Assembly (NCBI GenBank): GCA_964449945.1 | Contig: CAYVBX010000001.1 | Location: forward strand, 69,985 to 127,053 | Direction of reading: 5' to 3' | DNA from: an uncultured Candidatus Peribacteria bacterium | GTDB taxonomy: Bacteria > Patescibacteriota > Gracilibacteria > UBA1369 > LOWO2-01-FULL-3 | DNA length: 57,069 nt | Part shown: one piece after another, positions 9,434 to 19,736 of the stretch | Layout of the letters: each line of letters begins with the position of its first letter | How positions within the stretch are numbered: the stretch's first letter is position 1 | Made by a program: the position numbers and the translations under genes | Notes under the pieces: model-generated | Told to the model about the DNA's origin: nothing | The model's database searches: none | What the model saw: only the letters and a program-made list of their open reading frames with translations

Positions 9434-10801
9434 TTAGTTTTTAGGCAAATATTTTTCTATGTGTTCTGCTTTTACACGCTTTAGTTCTCTTTTTGGAAGA
9501 ATTTTCATTAAATCCCAGCTTAAATTTAAAGTGTCAAAAATGTCTCTTTCTTCATCTTCTCTTTGTTTGATAAATTTATCTTCGAATTCTTTTGCAAATT
9601 CTAAATATTTTAAATCTTCTTCTGAAAGTGCTGATTCTCCAAGAATTGTTGCAAGATCTCTTACTTCTAGTCCTCTTGCAAATGATGCATACATTTGACT
9701 AAATACTCCTTCGTGATCTTCTCTTGTGATTTTTCTTGCAGTAGGAGAAAGACGAGACAATGAAGGTAAACAATCTACTGGTGGATATATTCCTTTTCTT
9801 AATAATTCTCTTGATAAGAATATTTGTCCTTCTGTGATATATCCTGTAAGATCAGGGATTGGATGAGTTTTGTCATCTTCTGGCATAGTCAAAATAGGAA
9901 TTTGGGTAATCGAACCTTTTTTTCCTTTTATTCTTCCAGCTCTTTCGTAAAGTGTTGCAAGATCGGTATATAAATAACCTGGATAACCTCTTCTTCCTGG
10001 AACCTCTTTTCTCGCAGCAGAAACTTCTCGAAGCGCTTCACAGTAGTTGGTTAGGTCTGTTAGTATAACTAATACATGCATATTTTTTTCAAATGCTAAA
10101 TATTCTGCAACAGTTAATGCAATTCTAGGGGTGGCAATTCTTTCAACTACAGGGTCGGCGGCAGTGTTTATAAACAAAACAGATCTATCTATGGCTCCTG
10201 TTTTTCTAAATTCATTTATGAAGTACTCAGATTCTTCAAAGGTAACTCCCATTGCAGCAAATACTACTGTGAAATCTCCTTCGCCACCTTGTACTTTTGC
10301 TTGTCTAGCAATTTGTGCGGCAACTTGAGCGTGCGGAAGACCGGCTCCTGAAAAAATAGGTAGTTTTTGACCTCTTACAAGTGTGTTTAAACAGTCGATT
10401 GTTGAGATACCTGTTTGAATAAAATCGTTTGGGTAATCTCTTGAGAATGGATTTATTGGCGCACCATTGATGTTTACTCTTTGTTCTGGAATAATTTCTG
10501 GACCTTTATCAATTGGTTTTGCACTTCCTGAAAAAATTCTTCCAAGCATGTCTGTTGAAACACCAACCTCTAGGGGTTTTCCTAAAAATTTGGCTTTTGT
10601 GTTGTGGGTTGTAATACCTTTAGTTGCTTCAAACATTTGAACAAGTGCGGTGTCGTTGTGTACAACAAGTACTTTTCCCATGCTTACTCTGCCATCTTCC
10701 ATTGTGATTTCTACTAGTTCTTCAAACTTTATCCCTTCAACTCCTTCTACAAGGATAAGTGGACCAGCAATGGATTTTAATGTTTTATATTCTTTCTGCA
10801 T
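9434..10801 (-). CDS. atpB: V/A-type ATP synthase subunit B (non-catalytic)
   Basis: 455 aa. Strong similarity to the V-type B subunit ([36 protein letters not shown]). Confidence 0.97.
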   Translation of the reverse strand: MQKEYKTLKSIAGPLILVEGVEGIKFEELVEITMEDGRVSMGKVLVVHNDTALVQMFEATKGITTHNTKAKFLGKPLEVGVSTDMLGRIFSGSAKPIDKGPEIIPEQRVNINGAPINPFSRDYPNDFIQTGISTIDCLNTLVRGQKLPIFSGAGLPHAQVAAQIARQAKVQGGEGDFTVVFAAMGVTFEESEYFINEFRKTGAIDRSVLFINTAADPVVERIATPRIALTVAEYLAFEKNMHVLVILTDLTNYCEALREVSAARKEVPGRRGYPGYLYTDLATLYERAGRIKGKKGSITQIPILTMPEDDKTHPIPDLTGYITEGQIFLSRELLRKGIYPPVDCLPSLSRLSPTARKITREDHEGVFSQMYASFARGLEVRDLATILGESALSEEDLKYLEFAKEFEDKFIKQREDEERDIFDTLNLSWDLMKILPKRELKRVKAEHIEKYLPKN

Positions 10802-10802
10802 A

Positions 10803-12587
10803 TTATTTCAAATTAGTATGTGAATATTTTGATATCATTTCTTGAATTTCTGATACGATTTCTTTGTGTAGTTCATCGTATTTTTCAAGTTTGTCATTAT
10901 CTATTTCTTTTGATTTTGATATTTTTACGATTATATCTGATTCTTGTAGTTCTTTGAATTCAAAACTTTCAATTTCAACTAGTTTTGAGGCTTCTCTGTA
11001 GAGCAAGATAATAGCTTTAAGAATTCCGTATTGCTTTTTAAGCGGTGTAAAGGCATCAAGATAATCAAATGCATTTTGAAATAAGAAATCTTCTCTAATA
11101 GATTTTGAGGCTAAAAGAATTAATTTTTCTTTTGAAGAAAGTGCGTCCATTCCAACAAGTCTTACTATTTCTTCAAGTTTTGCTTCTTGTTGAAGTAAGC
11201 TTCCTGCTTCTTTTCTTATTTGGTCAAAGTCTTCAGCAATTTCTTTTTTCCAGTAGTCTTTTAAGTTGTCTTCATATAGTGAATAACTGGATAGCCAGTT
11301 TATTGCTGGGAAGTGTCTTTTGTATGCAAGATTTGCGTCTAGTCCCCAGAAAACTTTGGTTACTCGAAGTGTATTTTGTGTGACTGGTTCTGAAAGATCT
11401 CCTCCCGGAGGTGATACAGCTCCAATTACGGTAACAGAACCTTCTCTTTTTTCTGAACAAACACAGTTTATCGTTCCTGCTCTTTCGTAAAAAGCGGCTG
11501 TTGCTGAGCCTAAGTAAGCTGGATAACCTTCTTCTCCAGGCATTTCTTCAAGACGACCTGAAATTTCTCTAAGAGCTTCTGCCCATCTTGATGTAGAGTC
11601 TGCCATAAGTGCAACATTATAGCCCATATCTCTATAATATTCTGCTATTGTTATTCCTGTATAAACTGATGCTTCACGAGCAGCAACTGGCATATTTGAA
11701 GTGTTTGCGATAAGAACGGTTCTTTTCATAAGAGGTTCTCCTGTGTTTGGATCTTCTAGTTCTGGAAACTCTTTTAAAACATCTGTCATTTCATTTCCTC
11801 GTTCTCCACATCCAATATAAACGATTATTTCTGCATTACAGAATTTTGCGAGTGATTGTTGTGTAACTGTTTTTCCTGCTCCGAATGGTCCGGGGATACA
11901 TCCTGCTCCTCCTTTTGCAATAGGGAAGATTGTGTCTATTGTTCTCATTCCTGTAATAAGAGGAATGTTTGGAACTTTTTTATCTTTGAATGGGCGTGGA
12001 TTTCTAATTGACCATCTTTGAGTCATTGTAAGCGTATGTGTTTTTCCGTTTTCATCTTCAACTTTAATTATTTCTTCATCTATAGTGTGGTGGCCTGCTT
12101 TGATTTCAACTACGGTTGCTTCTTTAATTGTAAGAGGAAGCATTATTTTGTGTTTAATAAGAGTTGTTTCTTGAACTTCTCCTAGAATGTCTCCTGCAAA
12201 AACTTTATCACCTTTTTTTGCAATAGGTAAGAAATCCCACTTTTTGCCTTTATCTAGGGGATCTACTTCAATACCTCTTGTTATAAATGGGCCAGCTTTT
12301 TTTTCTAATGCTTCAAGTGGTCTTTGAATTCCATCATAAATTGATGTAAGAAGTCCTGGCGCAAGAGTAACCTCCATTGTTTCTCCTGTGAGATATACGG
12401 GTTCTCCTGGTCCAATTCCTGTTGTGTCTTCATAAACTTGAATTGAAGCTCTGTCTTCATTGATTTCAATAATTTCTCCGAGTAGTTTTTCTTCAGATAC
12501 TTTTACAACTTCATACATTTTTGCTTTTTTCATGCCCTTTGCAACAACGAGTGGGCCTGAAACTTTAATTATTACTCCTTTTTCCAT
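10803..12587 (-). CDS. atpA: V/A-type ATP synthase catalytic subunit A
   Basis: 594 aa. Walker [10 protein letters not shown], then [12 protein letters not shown] and the non-homologous-region insertion typical of A subunits. Confidence 0.97.
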   Translation of the reverse strand: MEKGVIIKVSGPLVVAKGMKKAKMYEVVKVSEEKLLGEIIEINEDRASIQVYEDTTGIGPGEPVYLTGETMEVTLAPGLLTSIYDGIQRPLEALEKKAGPFITRGIEVDPLDKGKKWDFLPIAKKGDKVFAGDILGEVQETTLIKHKIMLPLTIKEATVVEIKAGHHTIDEEIIKVEDENGKTHTLTMTQRWSIRNPRPFKDKKVPNIPLITGMRTIDTIFPIAKGGAGCIPGPFGAGKTVTQQSLAKFCNAEIIVYIGCGERGNEMTDVLKEFPELEDPNTGEPLMKRTVLIANTSNMPVAAREASVYTGITIAEYYRDMGYNVALMADSTSRWAEALREISGRLEEMPGEEGYPAYLGSATAAFYERAGTINCVCSEKREGSVTVIGAVSPPGGDLSEPVTQNTLRVTKVFWGLDANLAYKRHFPAINWLSSYSLYEDNLKDYWKKEIAEDFDQIRKEAGSLLQQEAKLEEIVRLVGMDALSSKEKLILLASKSIREDFLFQNAFDYLDAFTPLKKQYGILKAIILLYREASKLVEIESFEFKELQESDIIVKISKSKEIDNDKLEKYDELHKEIVSEIQEMISKYSHTNLK

Positions 12588-12605
12588 ATTTTTTTAGGTT
12601 TATAT

Positions 12606-12968
12606 TTATTGAATTATATCGCTACCAATTGCCATTTCGATAATTTTGCCAATTCTTTTTATTCCATATCCTGATGAGCCAGATGAGCTTGGAAGAGGAA
12701 TTATTGCAGGTAGTGCGTTTTTAGATAATTTTTGATATTCTTCTTTTGTTATTTGTTCTGCGAAATCTTCAGTTATAAAAATAATTGCGTAAAGAGGCTT
12801 TGTATCTTTTTCTTTTCCTTCTTCGTTTTGAGATTTGTTTTTAAGAGTGAAAAGTGTTTCTACGGCTTCGTCTTTGTTATTAACATTAAATATATCAATA
12901 CCTAGGGCTTTAAAGCCCATAACAGTGTCTTTATTTCCGATGATTGCAATTTTATAATTTTTTTCCAT
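12606..12968 (-). CDS. atpF: V/A-type ATP synthase subunit F
   Basis: 120 aa. KIAIIGNKDTVMGFKALGI start typical of subunit F. Sits between C and A as in the ntp/atp V-type operons. Confidence 0.85.
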   Translation of the reverse strand: MEKNYKIAIIGNKDTVMGFKALGIDIFNVNNKDEAVETLFTLKNKSQNEEGKEKDTKPLYAIIFITEDFAEQITKEEYQKLSKNALPAIIPLPSSSGSSGYGIKRIGKIIEMAIGSDIIQ

Positions 12969-12970
12969 TT

Positions 12971-14014
12971 TTAGCTGTATAATATTCTAATTCTTTCCTT
13001 AATTTCGTCAGGAGAGATGTTGTTTAATTTGTTAACTAGAATCATTCTTGCAATAAATGCATTGTTCTTTTTTGCTAGAAGGTATGCAATTATTGGTTCT
13101 GGGCCAAAAACTATTTGTTTGGCTTGTTTTATATAGTTTATAAGATAATTTTCAACTTCTTTTTCTAAAAATATTAAACTTTTGTCTTCAATATATTTTG
13201 TGTATCCTTCGGAAACGATTTTTGAATAAGAAGTTTTACTCATTGCTTCTGGAAAAGCTGATAAGTCTTGAAAAAAAGCTTCTTTCATTTTTTCCCATGG
13301 TATTGTGCCGTTCCATAAAAATCCATAATCAAACATTTGAAGATCTTTATTTGTTATTTTCATTCTAAAAAAGAGTCTTATGTTGTTTAAATCGATTAAG
13401 ATTTTAATATATTTCATTAAAAACTCTGATGAAGCGTCTTCTGCTTTAGCATAAATCACTTTCATTAGTTTTTGATCTAAGTAAAGATCTATTACTTGAG
13501 GATTTTGAACTTTAAGATATAGCGCTTTTGCTGATAAAATTCGTTTTTTTATATAAGCTTCAGTTTGTGGATAAATGTTCCATTCTTGATTTACTTCATC
13601 GAAAATAAAATCTTTTAGTTTATAAATATCGATTTTTCCGAGTTTTGATAATATTTTTTCAATGTCTTCAAAGCTTTTTCCAAGTAATTTTGCTTTAAGC
13701 ATTGTTTTTATATTGTGAAAATCATATTCCATCCAAAGAATGTTTAAAACTCTTTGATCGGGCATATTTTTTTGAATATAGTTTTTGAACTCAAGCATTG
13801 TTTTGTCTATAACTTCTTGAAAATCTTTTGTGCTTATTTCGCCTTCAATGTTTTTTCCAAAGTCGGTTTCGTTTAAAATTCTAAAAGCCTCATCGGCGTT
13901 TTTAGAAAGAAGCATTCTTTCTAATTCGTTTTCGTTTAGTAAATTATTTTCAAGAGCGCGTATTAGTCCTACAGCGTATGCATATTCGTGAATGTTCGTG
14001 GTTTTTTGTATCAT
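12971..14014 (-). CDS. atpC: V/A-type ATP synthase subunit C (eukaryotic d family)
   Basis: 347 aa, all-helical composition. Its position between E and F matches the E. hirae/Thermus operon order. YAYAVGLIRALE start is typical of the family. Confidence 0.8.
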   Translation of the reverse strand: MIQKTTNIHEYAYAVGLIRALENNLLNENELERMLLSKNADEAFRILNETDFGKNIEGEISTKDFQEVIDKTMLEFKNYIQKNMPDQRVLNILWMEYDFHNIKTMLKAKLLGKSFEDIEKILSKLGKIDIYKLKDFIFDEVNQEWNIYPQTEAYIKKRILSAKALYLKVQNPQVIDLYLDQKLMKVIYAKAEDASSEFLMKYIKILIDLNNIRLFFRMKITNKDLQMFDYGFLWNGTIPWEKMKEAFFQDLSAFPEAMSKTSYSKIVSEGYTKYIEDKSLIFLEKEVENYLINYIKQAKQIVFGPEPIIAYLLAKKNNAFIARMILVNKLNNISPDEIKERIRILYS

Positions 14015-14572
14015 TTAAAATAATAATTTATTGAGTTTAATTTCCAAATCTTCTTTAAGTTGTTTTTTTATTATTGTTTCAAAAGAATTATCAATTTCAA
14101 TTAAATTTGATTTAAAAATAAAACCTCCTTTAATTTTTGCTGATTTTTCTGAAAACATGAATTTTTTTGAGCTAGCTTTTAGTGCTTTTTTTGTTTCTGC
14201 TTCCTTTCCTTCTGCTGGAATAATTTCGCCTTCTTCGTACGGCGTATTTTTTATTAGTAATTCAATGTAATTTGTGTAATTACTTGAAACTAAAAGTTTT
14301 TCTATTGCTTTTTCAAAGCAGTCGTATATGAGTTTTCTTTTTTCGAATAATAGAGAATTTTGGCTTTCTCTGTGACTTAAACTCTTTGCTTTTTCCATAA
14401 TACTATCTTTTTTTTCTTCAACACTTCCTTTTATTGATTTTTCAATATTTTCTTTTTTTTCTTCGAATTGTTTTTCTAGCGCTTTTTTCTTTTTATCAAA
14501 ATCTGCCTTTTGTTCAAGGATTTTAAGCTCTGTTTCTTTTTCAATTTTTTCTAAAATATCTGTTAATGCCAT
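14015..14572 (-). CDS. atpE: V/A-type ATP synthase subunit E (peripheral stalk)
   Basis: 185 aa. Long charged N-terminal helix (K/E-rich) plus a globular C-terminal part. Placed after K, as expected. Confidence 0.8.
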   Translation of the reverse strand: MALTDILEKIEKETELKILEQKADFDKKKKALEKQFEEKKENIEKSIKGSVEEKKDSIMEKAKSLSHRESQNSLLFEKRKLIYDCFEKAIEKLLVSSNYTNYIELLIKNTPYEEGEIIPAEGKEAETKKALKASSKKFMFSEKSAKIKGGFIFKSNLIEIDNSFETIIKKQLKEDLEIKLNKLLF

Positions 14573-14599
14573 ATGTGTTTTTCGTTATTGACTTGTAGG

Positions 14600-14624
14600 G
14601 GGCGGAAAAATAGATTTTCCACCC
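14600..14624 (-). other. intra-operon RNA hairpin between atpK and atpE (10-bp stem, 5-nt loop, no U-tract)
   Basis: On the minus-strand RNA, GGGUGGAAAA-ucuau-UUUUCCGCCC pairs with one G.U. The same position is a C.A mismatch on the plus strand, so the structure is only complete in the sense transcript. Confidence 0.55.
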
Positions 14625-14639
14625 ATATACAAAGCAATA

Positions 14640-15131
14640 TTAAAGTTTTATAAAAAACAATAATAATGCACTTATAAGAAATCCTAAAACTGCGTATGTT
14701 TCAACCATAGCTGATAAAACCATTGCTTTACCCATGTTGCTACCATCTTTTGCTACCATATTCATTCCTGCGGCTGTAACTTTTCCTTGGTTTATTCCTG
14801 AAAACAAACAAGCTAGTCCACATGGTAAACAAGCAAAAAATAATTGCCAACCTTGAACTAGTGTTAAGTCTTTTGGTGCACCTGTTAAAACGCCTGTGAA
14901 TAACAAGATAAGAAATCCGACTAGAAAGCCGTAAATTCCTTGCGTTCCCGGAAGGGCTTCAAGAACCAATACTTTTCCGAATTTTTCTGGTTGTTCGGTT
15001 ACAACTCCAGCTCCTGCTGCTCCAGCGTATCTTACTCCAAGAGAAGATCCGATACCTCCGAGGATAACTGCGAATCCAGCTCCTGCTAGAGCAAGTGCAA
15101 GACCGTCAATTTGTCCAAAAAGTTCTGTCAT
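14640..15131 (-). CDS. atpK: V/A-type ATP synthase proteolipid subunit K (duplicated 4-TM c subunit)
   Basis: 163 aa. Collinear with E. hirae NtpK as recalled from memory: LPGTQGIYGF, SGINQGKVTAAG, AMVETYAVLGF. Confidence 0.95.
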   Translation of the reverse strand: MTELFGQIDGLALALAGAGFAVILGGIGSSLGVRYAGAAGAGVVTEQPEKFGKVLVLEALPGTQGIYGFLVGFLILLFTGVLTGAPKDLTLVQGWQLFFACLPCGLACLFSGINQGKVTAAGMNMVAKDGSNMGKAMVLSAMVETYAVLGFLISALLLFFIKL

Positions 15132-15135
15132 TTTA

Positions 15136-17109
15136 TTATTTGGTTAGATATATATATTTAGTTTTTTTACTAAGTGGTTTGAATTCTCTTCCACCGCCTT
15201 CCATAAATTTCCCAAAAAATTCTACGAATTGTAAACGGCCTGAGTGGATAAAGGCTCCGAGTGCGTTGATTGTGAGATTGAATATGTGTCCTCCGATAAA
15301 AACGATTGCCATTAGTAGGTAGCCTATAAATGGAATATCTTTCATAAGGATTGCTATGGTGTTTACTGCCATACCGATAATTGCTGTTGCAAGTCCGAGT
15401 GCAAGAAGCCTTGAATATGAAAGTACATCACTTAAGTAGCCAACAAGTCCGTATAGGCTTAATATTCCTGAAAGAAGCTTTCCAATTATGCTTTTCTTTT
15501 CTCTTCCTTGTGTGAGAACTAGAGAAATAAGTCCTGCTATTGCCCAATATTTTCCGATGATACTTGCAGAAGAAGTAATTGCTCCAGTTATTGAAAGAAT
15601 ATAAAATCCTAGACCGGTTAAAAATAAAGACCAAGGAAGTGTGTCGAGTAGAGCATTTTTTCTATAGCCTTTTAGGTATGTGTGAAAAAATTTAATGTAT
15701 GTTCCGAGTGTTATTTGAATGAAACCTAGTGCAAAAGCCAAAATAAGAACATTGAGCGGGTTTGTTATTGGATTGATTTTTTGTAGTAAAAACATTTTTT
15801 CTCCGCTTGCATCGATATAAGTAAAGAATGAAGGTACTTGTTCTGGAGTTAATCCAAACCATCCTCCAAATAATGTTCCAATTATCATTGTTACAATTCC
15901 TCCATATAACAGTACAGAAATTAGTGTTTTAAAACCTTTGTCAAACTTAATAAATTTAAGTGCTAAAGAAAAGGCTATTATCATAAGAATTCCGTATCCT
16001 GCGTCGGTTAAGCATAACGCAAAAAATACTATAAAAAATCCTGCTAAAAATGGTGTAGGGTCGATTTCATTGTGTAGGGGAAGTCCAAAAGTCTTTGTTA
16101 CTGCTTCAAATGGCTCCATAAACTTAGAATTTTTTATTGCAACTGGAGGAACTTCATCCTTTTTTAGTTGGAGAATTTCCATCGTGTATTCGTTTGTAAT
16201 GTCGTTTATTTCTTTTTCTAATGCATCTAAACTCTTTTTGGGTACCCATGCAGTTATACAAAATGCAAAGTCTGTTTTTTCAATTTTTTTGAGTGAAGAT
16301 AGTTTTTCTATTTCCCATGAATAATAATCGTATGCAATTTTTAATTTGTTTAGCTCTTTAATTTCTTTTTGAATGTTTTTATCTAAATTTTTTATACTGC
16401 GTTTTGCCTCTTTTAAATCGCTTTTAAGCGAGTGTATAAGCTCTTTTAAGCTTCCTTTTGTTTTTGGAAGAGAGGCATCAATGAATTTTAAATTTGTAAG
16501 TATTTGTAGAATTTCTCTATCAATATTTTTTTCGAATATTATTGAAAAATATGTGTTTGTTGTGTCCGCAGATACCTTTTCTATTGAAACAATCTTTGAC
16601 AGTTCATTTGTTTTTTTAATCAAATCTTCAAAAACAATGTTTTTTATTTCTCCAACTTTGATCAAATAGTTGTCTGTGCCGTTTTGTTCCTCTAATTTGA
16701 TTGAAAGATCTTTATATGGAGCAAGATTTGAAATTTTTTGACTAATATTTTCTATGTCGTTTTTAGCTTTTTGAGTCTTGTCTTCGTAATTTTGACAAAT
16801 TTTGATAATTTGTGAAAAATCTTGATTTTCGCTTTGCTCTTTGGCGTCTTCAAGCGAAATACTGATAGGGTTTGAAATAAGTTTTTTCTTTTCAAATTTG
16901 CTTAGTGTTTTGATGGAGAATTCGATATTTGCTCTCAAAAGCTCTAGGTTTTCGAGTTTTTCTTTAGATTTTTTTGTAAGTGCTGAGTTTATGTCTGTGT
17001 CTAGAGAAATAACTTCTAAATCAGAAAAATTTTGAATTTTTTCCAAAATTTTATCTTTGTGCTTTGAAATAGCGACAACTCGAATTTTTTTGATTTGAGA
17101 TAATGCCAT
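15136..17109 (-). CDS. atpI: V/A-type ATP synthase subunit I (a-subunit, stator/ion channel)
   Basis: 657 aa. Soluble coiled N-terminal half plus polytopic C-terminal half carrying the conserved stator arginine context LSYSRLLALGLAT. Confidence 0.93.
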   Translation of the reverse strand: MALSQIKKIRVVAISKHKDKILEKIQNFSDLEVISLDTDINSALTKKSKEKLENLELLRANIEFSIKTLSKFEKKKLISNPISISLEDAKEQSENQDFSQIIKICQNYEDKTQKAKNDIENISQKISNLAPYKDLSIKLEEQNGTDNYLIKVGEIKNIVFEDLIKKTNELSKIVSIEKVSADTTNTYFSIIFEKNIDREILQILTNLKFIDASLPKTKGSLKELIHSLKSDLKEAKRSIKNLDKNIQKEIKELNKLKIAYDYYSWEIEKLSSLKKIEKTDFAFCITAWVPKKSLDALEKEINDITNEYTMEILQLKKDEVPPVAIKNSKFMEPFEAVTKTFGLPLHNEIDPTPFLAGFFIVFFALCLTDAGYGILMIIAFSLALKFIKFDKGFKTLISVLLYGGIVTMIIGTLFGGWFGLTPEQVPSFFTYIDASGEKMFLLQKINPITNPLNVLILAFALGFIQITLGTYIKFFHTYLKGYRKNALLDTLPWSLFLTGLGFYILSITGAITSSASIIGKYWAIAGLISLVLTQGREKKSIIGKLLSGILSLYGLVGYLSDVLSYSRLLALGLATAIIGMAVNTIAILMKDIPFIGYLLMAIVFIGGHIFNLTINALGAFIHSGRLQFVEFFGKFMEGGGREFKPLSKKTKYIYLTK

Positions 17110-17441
17110 TATTTTTCAATTAATGTCTGGAATGTTTCTATAACTAGTTTGATTGCTTCATCTTTTTTTGCTTCAGAATTATCAATAATTGTTTTTCTTT
17201 CTTTATTTGATTTAGCTATTTCTGTTTTTGCAAATTCTGTGGCTTCAATTTTTGCTTGTTTAAGCTTTTCATTTCCTTTTTCTTTTAGAATTTTTTCGTA
17301 ATCTTCAATGTTTTCTTCTAGTTGTTCTTTTAGTTTATTTAGCTTTTCTATTGAATTTTTTTTGTCGGCCAAAATCATTTCTTTTGCGTCGGCTTCTTTT
17401 CTTCTTATTATCTGGATTGGAGAGTTGTCTTGATCTACCAT
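17109..17441 (-). CDS. V/A-type ATP synthase small peripheral-stalk subunit (G/H-like; NtpF-equivalent)
   Basis: 110-aa single long charged helix. First gene of the operon. Its stop overlaps the atpI start (TAATG). Confidence 0.7.
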   Translation of the reverse strand: MVDQDNSPIQIIRRKEADAKEMILADKKNSIEKLNKLKEQLEENIEDYEKILKEKGNEKLKQAKIEATEFAKTEIAKSNKERKTIIDNSEAKKDEAIKLVIETFQTLIEK

Positions 17442-17473
17442 ATTAGAATTTTTTAATGTTTAAAGCGGTTGAT

Positions 17474-17501
17474 ATATTAGGAAAATCTGAGCAAAAGTCA
17501 A
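17474..17501 (-). promoter_or_regulatory. sigma70-like promoter of the V-ATPase operon
   Basis: Minus strand reads TTGACT-16 nt-TAATAT, ending about 32 nt upstream of the first start codon (17441). Confidence 0.55.
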
Positions 17502-17524
17502 CTCCTTGTCGTCTTGATATTTTT

Positions 17525-19687
17525 TTAAAATGTTTTGAAATAATCTTTGAAGGACCTTTTTATTTCCTTTTCGAGTAATTCTATGTTTTTTTGATCATCA
17601 AGTATGAAAATATCTTTAATTTTTAAACATGTTTTGGAAACTCTTTTTATTCTAAGTAATGTTTGTGGAATTTTTTGATCTAGATTTCTTTCGTTTCTGT
17701 TTTCGATGTATATAAATGGAATTTTACAAAAAAATACTTTATCGATTTTTTTAATATTAACTAATTTTTCTAGGTTATTTATTGATATTATTAAAGTTAT
17801 TCCCTTTTGATTTATGTTTTCTTTTATTTTCCCAAGAGAAGAACTTGCTTCGCTTAGGATTGTCTTTTTTGGATTTAACTTTTTTAATTCAATAGTTAAT
17901 TTTTTTGTTAATCTCTTGTTGTTTGAAACTATTATCGTGCGATCATTACTCTTATTTAAATTTTCTATTTTTTTTGCAAAATCTGTTTCTTCAGCAGATA
18001 ATAATTTTGGTTTTATTTTTAATGGTTTCTCTTTTAAGAGTGTTAGGTCTTTATTTAATTCATAATAATTTCTAAAAAAAAGTCCTTCGTCATTTAGTGT
18101 AATTGCTTTATCTATGATGCTAATTTTTTCAAACTTTTTAAGTATTTCTCTTTTTATTTGACTAAGATTTTTTCTTTTTTTCTTTAATACTATTGAATCA
18201 TCGTAGTTTTTGATAATTGTATATTGATTTTCTATAAAGTTGTTTTTGTAAAAAAAGTCTTTTAGAAAAATTATGTTTTTTTCCAAAATTTTTAATTCTT
18301 CAATGCTTTTATTGGTTGTTTTTTCAATTATTTCTTTTGAAACAATTTGGAGATTGTTTATTGCAAGTTGAATTTTTTTTATGTTTTTATCATTTATATT
18401 TGAATCATTTAGTTCTAAAAATCTTGAATCTTTTTTTGAAGTTTTTTCAAAAAATATTCCAATTATTCCAAAAATTATAGTACTTTTTTTAATTAAATTA
18501 TCTACTGTTTTTGAATTTAATAATTTAATTTCTTCTATTAAGTTTATAAATTTTTCTAAATTCATACTCTTTGTTTCTTTTTGAACAATGGCTTTTTCTA
18601 GTGCATTTAAGTCAATAATATATATTTCTTTGGCAAAAAAGTTTTCCTGAATTAGTAATTCGTGGCTAATTAGTGTCTTTTTTGAAGTGTTAAGCTCTTT
18701 TATTTCTATTGTTTTGTTTTTAGAAATTTTATTTAATATGAATTTTTCTTCATTGAATAATTTTATTGAATTCATGTCTTCATTTTCACTATTTTTTTGC
18801 CATAATAAAATTTTGATCAATGCCTTTGCTTCCGAAATGCTTAGCATTTTTTTCGAATGAATGCTTTTTAGTTTTTTTAAATCAATATATTTTTCATTGT
18901 TTTGAATTTTTCTGACATTTTTATAGTTGTATATTTGATCAAAAACTTCATTTGAAACAGAGATACACACTTTCTTCTTTTTTAGAAGATCCTCTACTAT
19001 TTCGGAATAAGCTAGATTTGTCTCATAAATGTGCTTTAGTTTTAGTTGAAATTTTTCTTTTCCTTTTAGAGTTTTCTTGTTTTTTTTCAGTTCTTTTCTT
19101 TTTTTATCTTTTCCTTTTAGGTTTTTAAAAAACTCTATTTCTTGAATATTTCCTTTTTTTGAAATCTTTTTTATTTCTTTAACTAAAGTATTATTTAAAT
19201 TTTCATAAGATTTTTTTAGAATAAGAAAAAGTTTCATTGCTGAAATTGAATCTTCAAGTGCTGTGTGTGCCTTTTTTTGTTTTATTTTAAAATTTTTGCA
19301 TAAATTTTCTAAACTATGAGATTTTTCGTTTGAAAATATTGCTGACGATAAAAAAAGGGTGTCTATATATGTTTTTTTTATTGTTATTCCTTCTTTTATT
19401 AAAAAACTGATGTCAAAGTCTATGTTGTGACCTACAAGTGTATTTTCGTTTAAAAGATTTTGAATCTTTGATTTTATTTTTTCGAATTTGGGAGCATTTT
19501 TTATGTCCTCATTTTTTATTCCTGTTATTTCGCTAATAATCTCTGGTATTTCTTTATTTGTGTTTATGTATGTTTCATATTTTTCAAATATTTTTCCATT
19601 TTCATTAAAAACAATAAATCCTATTTGAATTATTTTATCTTTATTGGGATCAAGTCCTGTTGTTTCTAAGTCTAATGCTATGTACAT
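17525..19687 (-). CDS. DnaQ-like 3'-5' exonuclease fused to a degenerate DinG-like helicase-fold region
   Basis: 720 aa. Exo I ALDLETTGL, Exo II VGHNIDFDISFL and Exo III HTALEDSISAM are intact. The remainder is collinear with DinG landmarks (LISHELL, IYIIDLNALE, TIIVSNN, KIPF) but has no Walker A and DLNA in place of DEAH. Confidence 0.75.
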   Translation of the reverse strand: MYIALDLETTGLDPNKDKIIQIGFIVFNENGKIFEKYETYINTNKEIPEIISEITGIKNEDIKNAPKFEKIKSKIQNLLNENTLVGHNIDFDISFLIKEGITIKKTYIDTLFLSSAIFSNEKSHSLENLCKNFKIKQKKAHTALEDSISAMKLFLILKKSYENLNNTLVKEIKKISKKGNIQEIEFFKNLKGKDKKRKELKKNKKTLKGKEKFQLKLKHIYETNLAYSEIVEDLLKKKKVCISVSNEVFDQIYNYKNVRKIQNNEKYIDLKKLKSIHSKKMLSISEAKALIKILLWQKNSENEDMNSIKLFNEEKFILNKISKNKTIEIKELNTSKKTLISHELLIQENFFAKEIYIIDLNALEKAIVQKETKSMNLEKFINLIEEIKLLNSKTVDNLIKKSTIIFGIIGIFFEKTSKKDSRFLELNDSNINDKNIKKIQLAINNLQIVSKEIIEKTTNKSIEELKILEKNIIFLKDFFYKNNFIENQYTIIKNYDDSIVLKKKRKNLSQIKREILKKFEKISIIDKAITLNDEGLFFRNYYELNKDLTLLKEKPLKIKPKLLSAEETDFAKKIENLNKSNDRTIIVSNNKRLTKKLTIELKKLNPKKTILSEASSSLGKIKENINQKGITLIISINNLEKLVNIKKIDKVFFCKIPFIYIENRNERNLDQKIPQTLLRIKRVSKTCLKIKDIFILDDQKNIELLEKEIKRSFKDYFKTF

Positions 19688-19736
19688 ATATTTTTTGATA
19701 CGCTAAAATGTTTGTGATTATTTTAATTAATTACTT

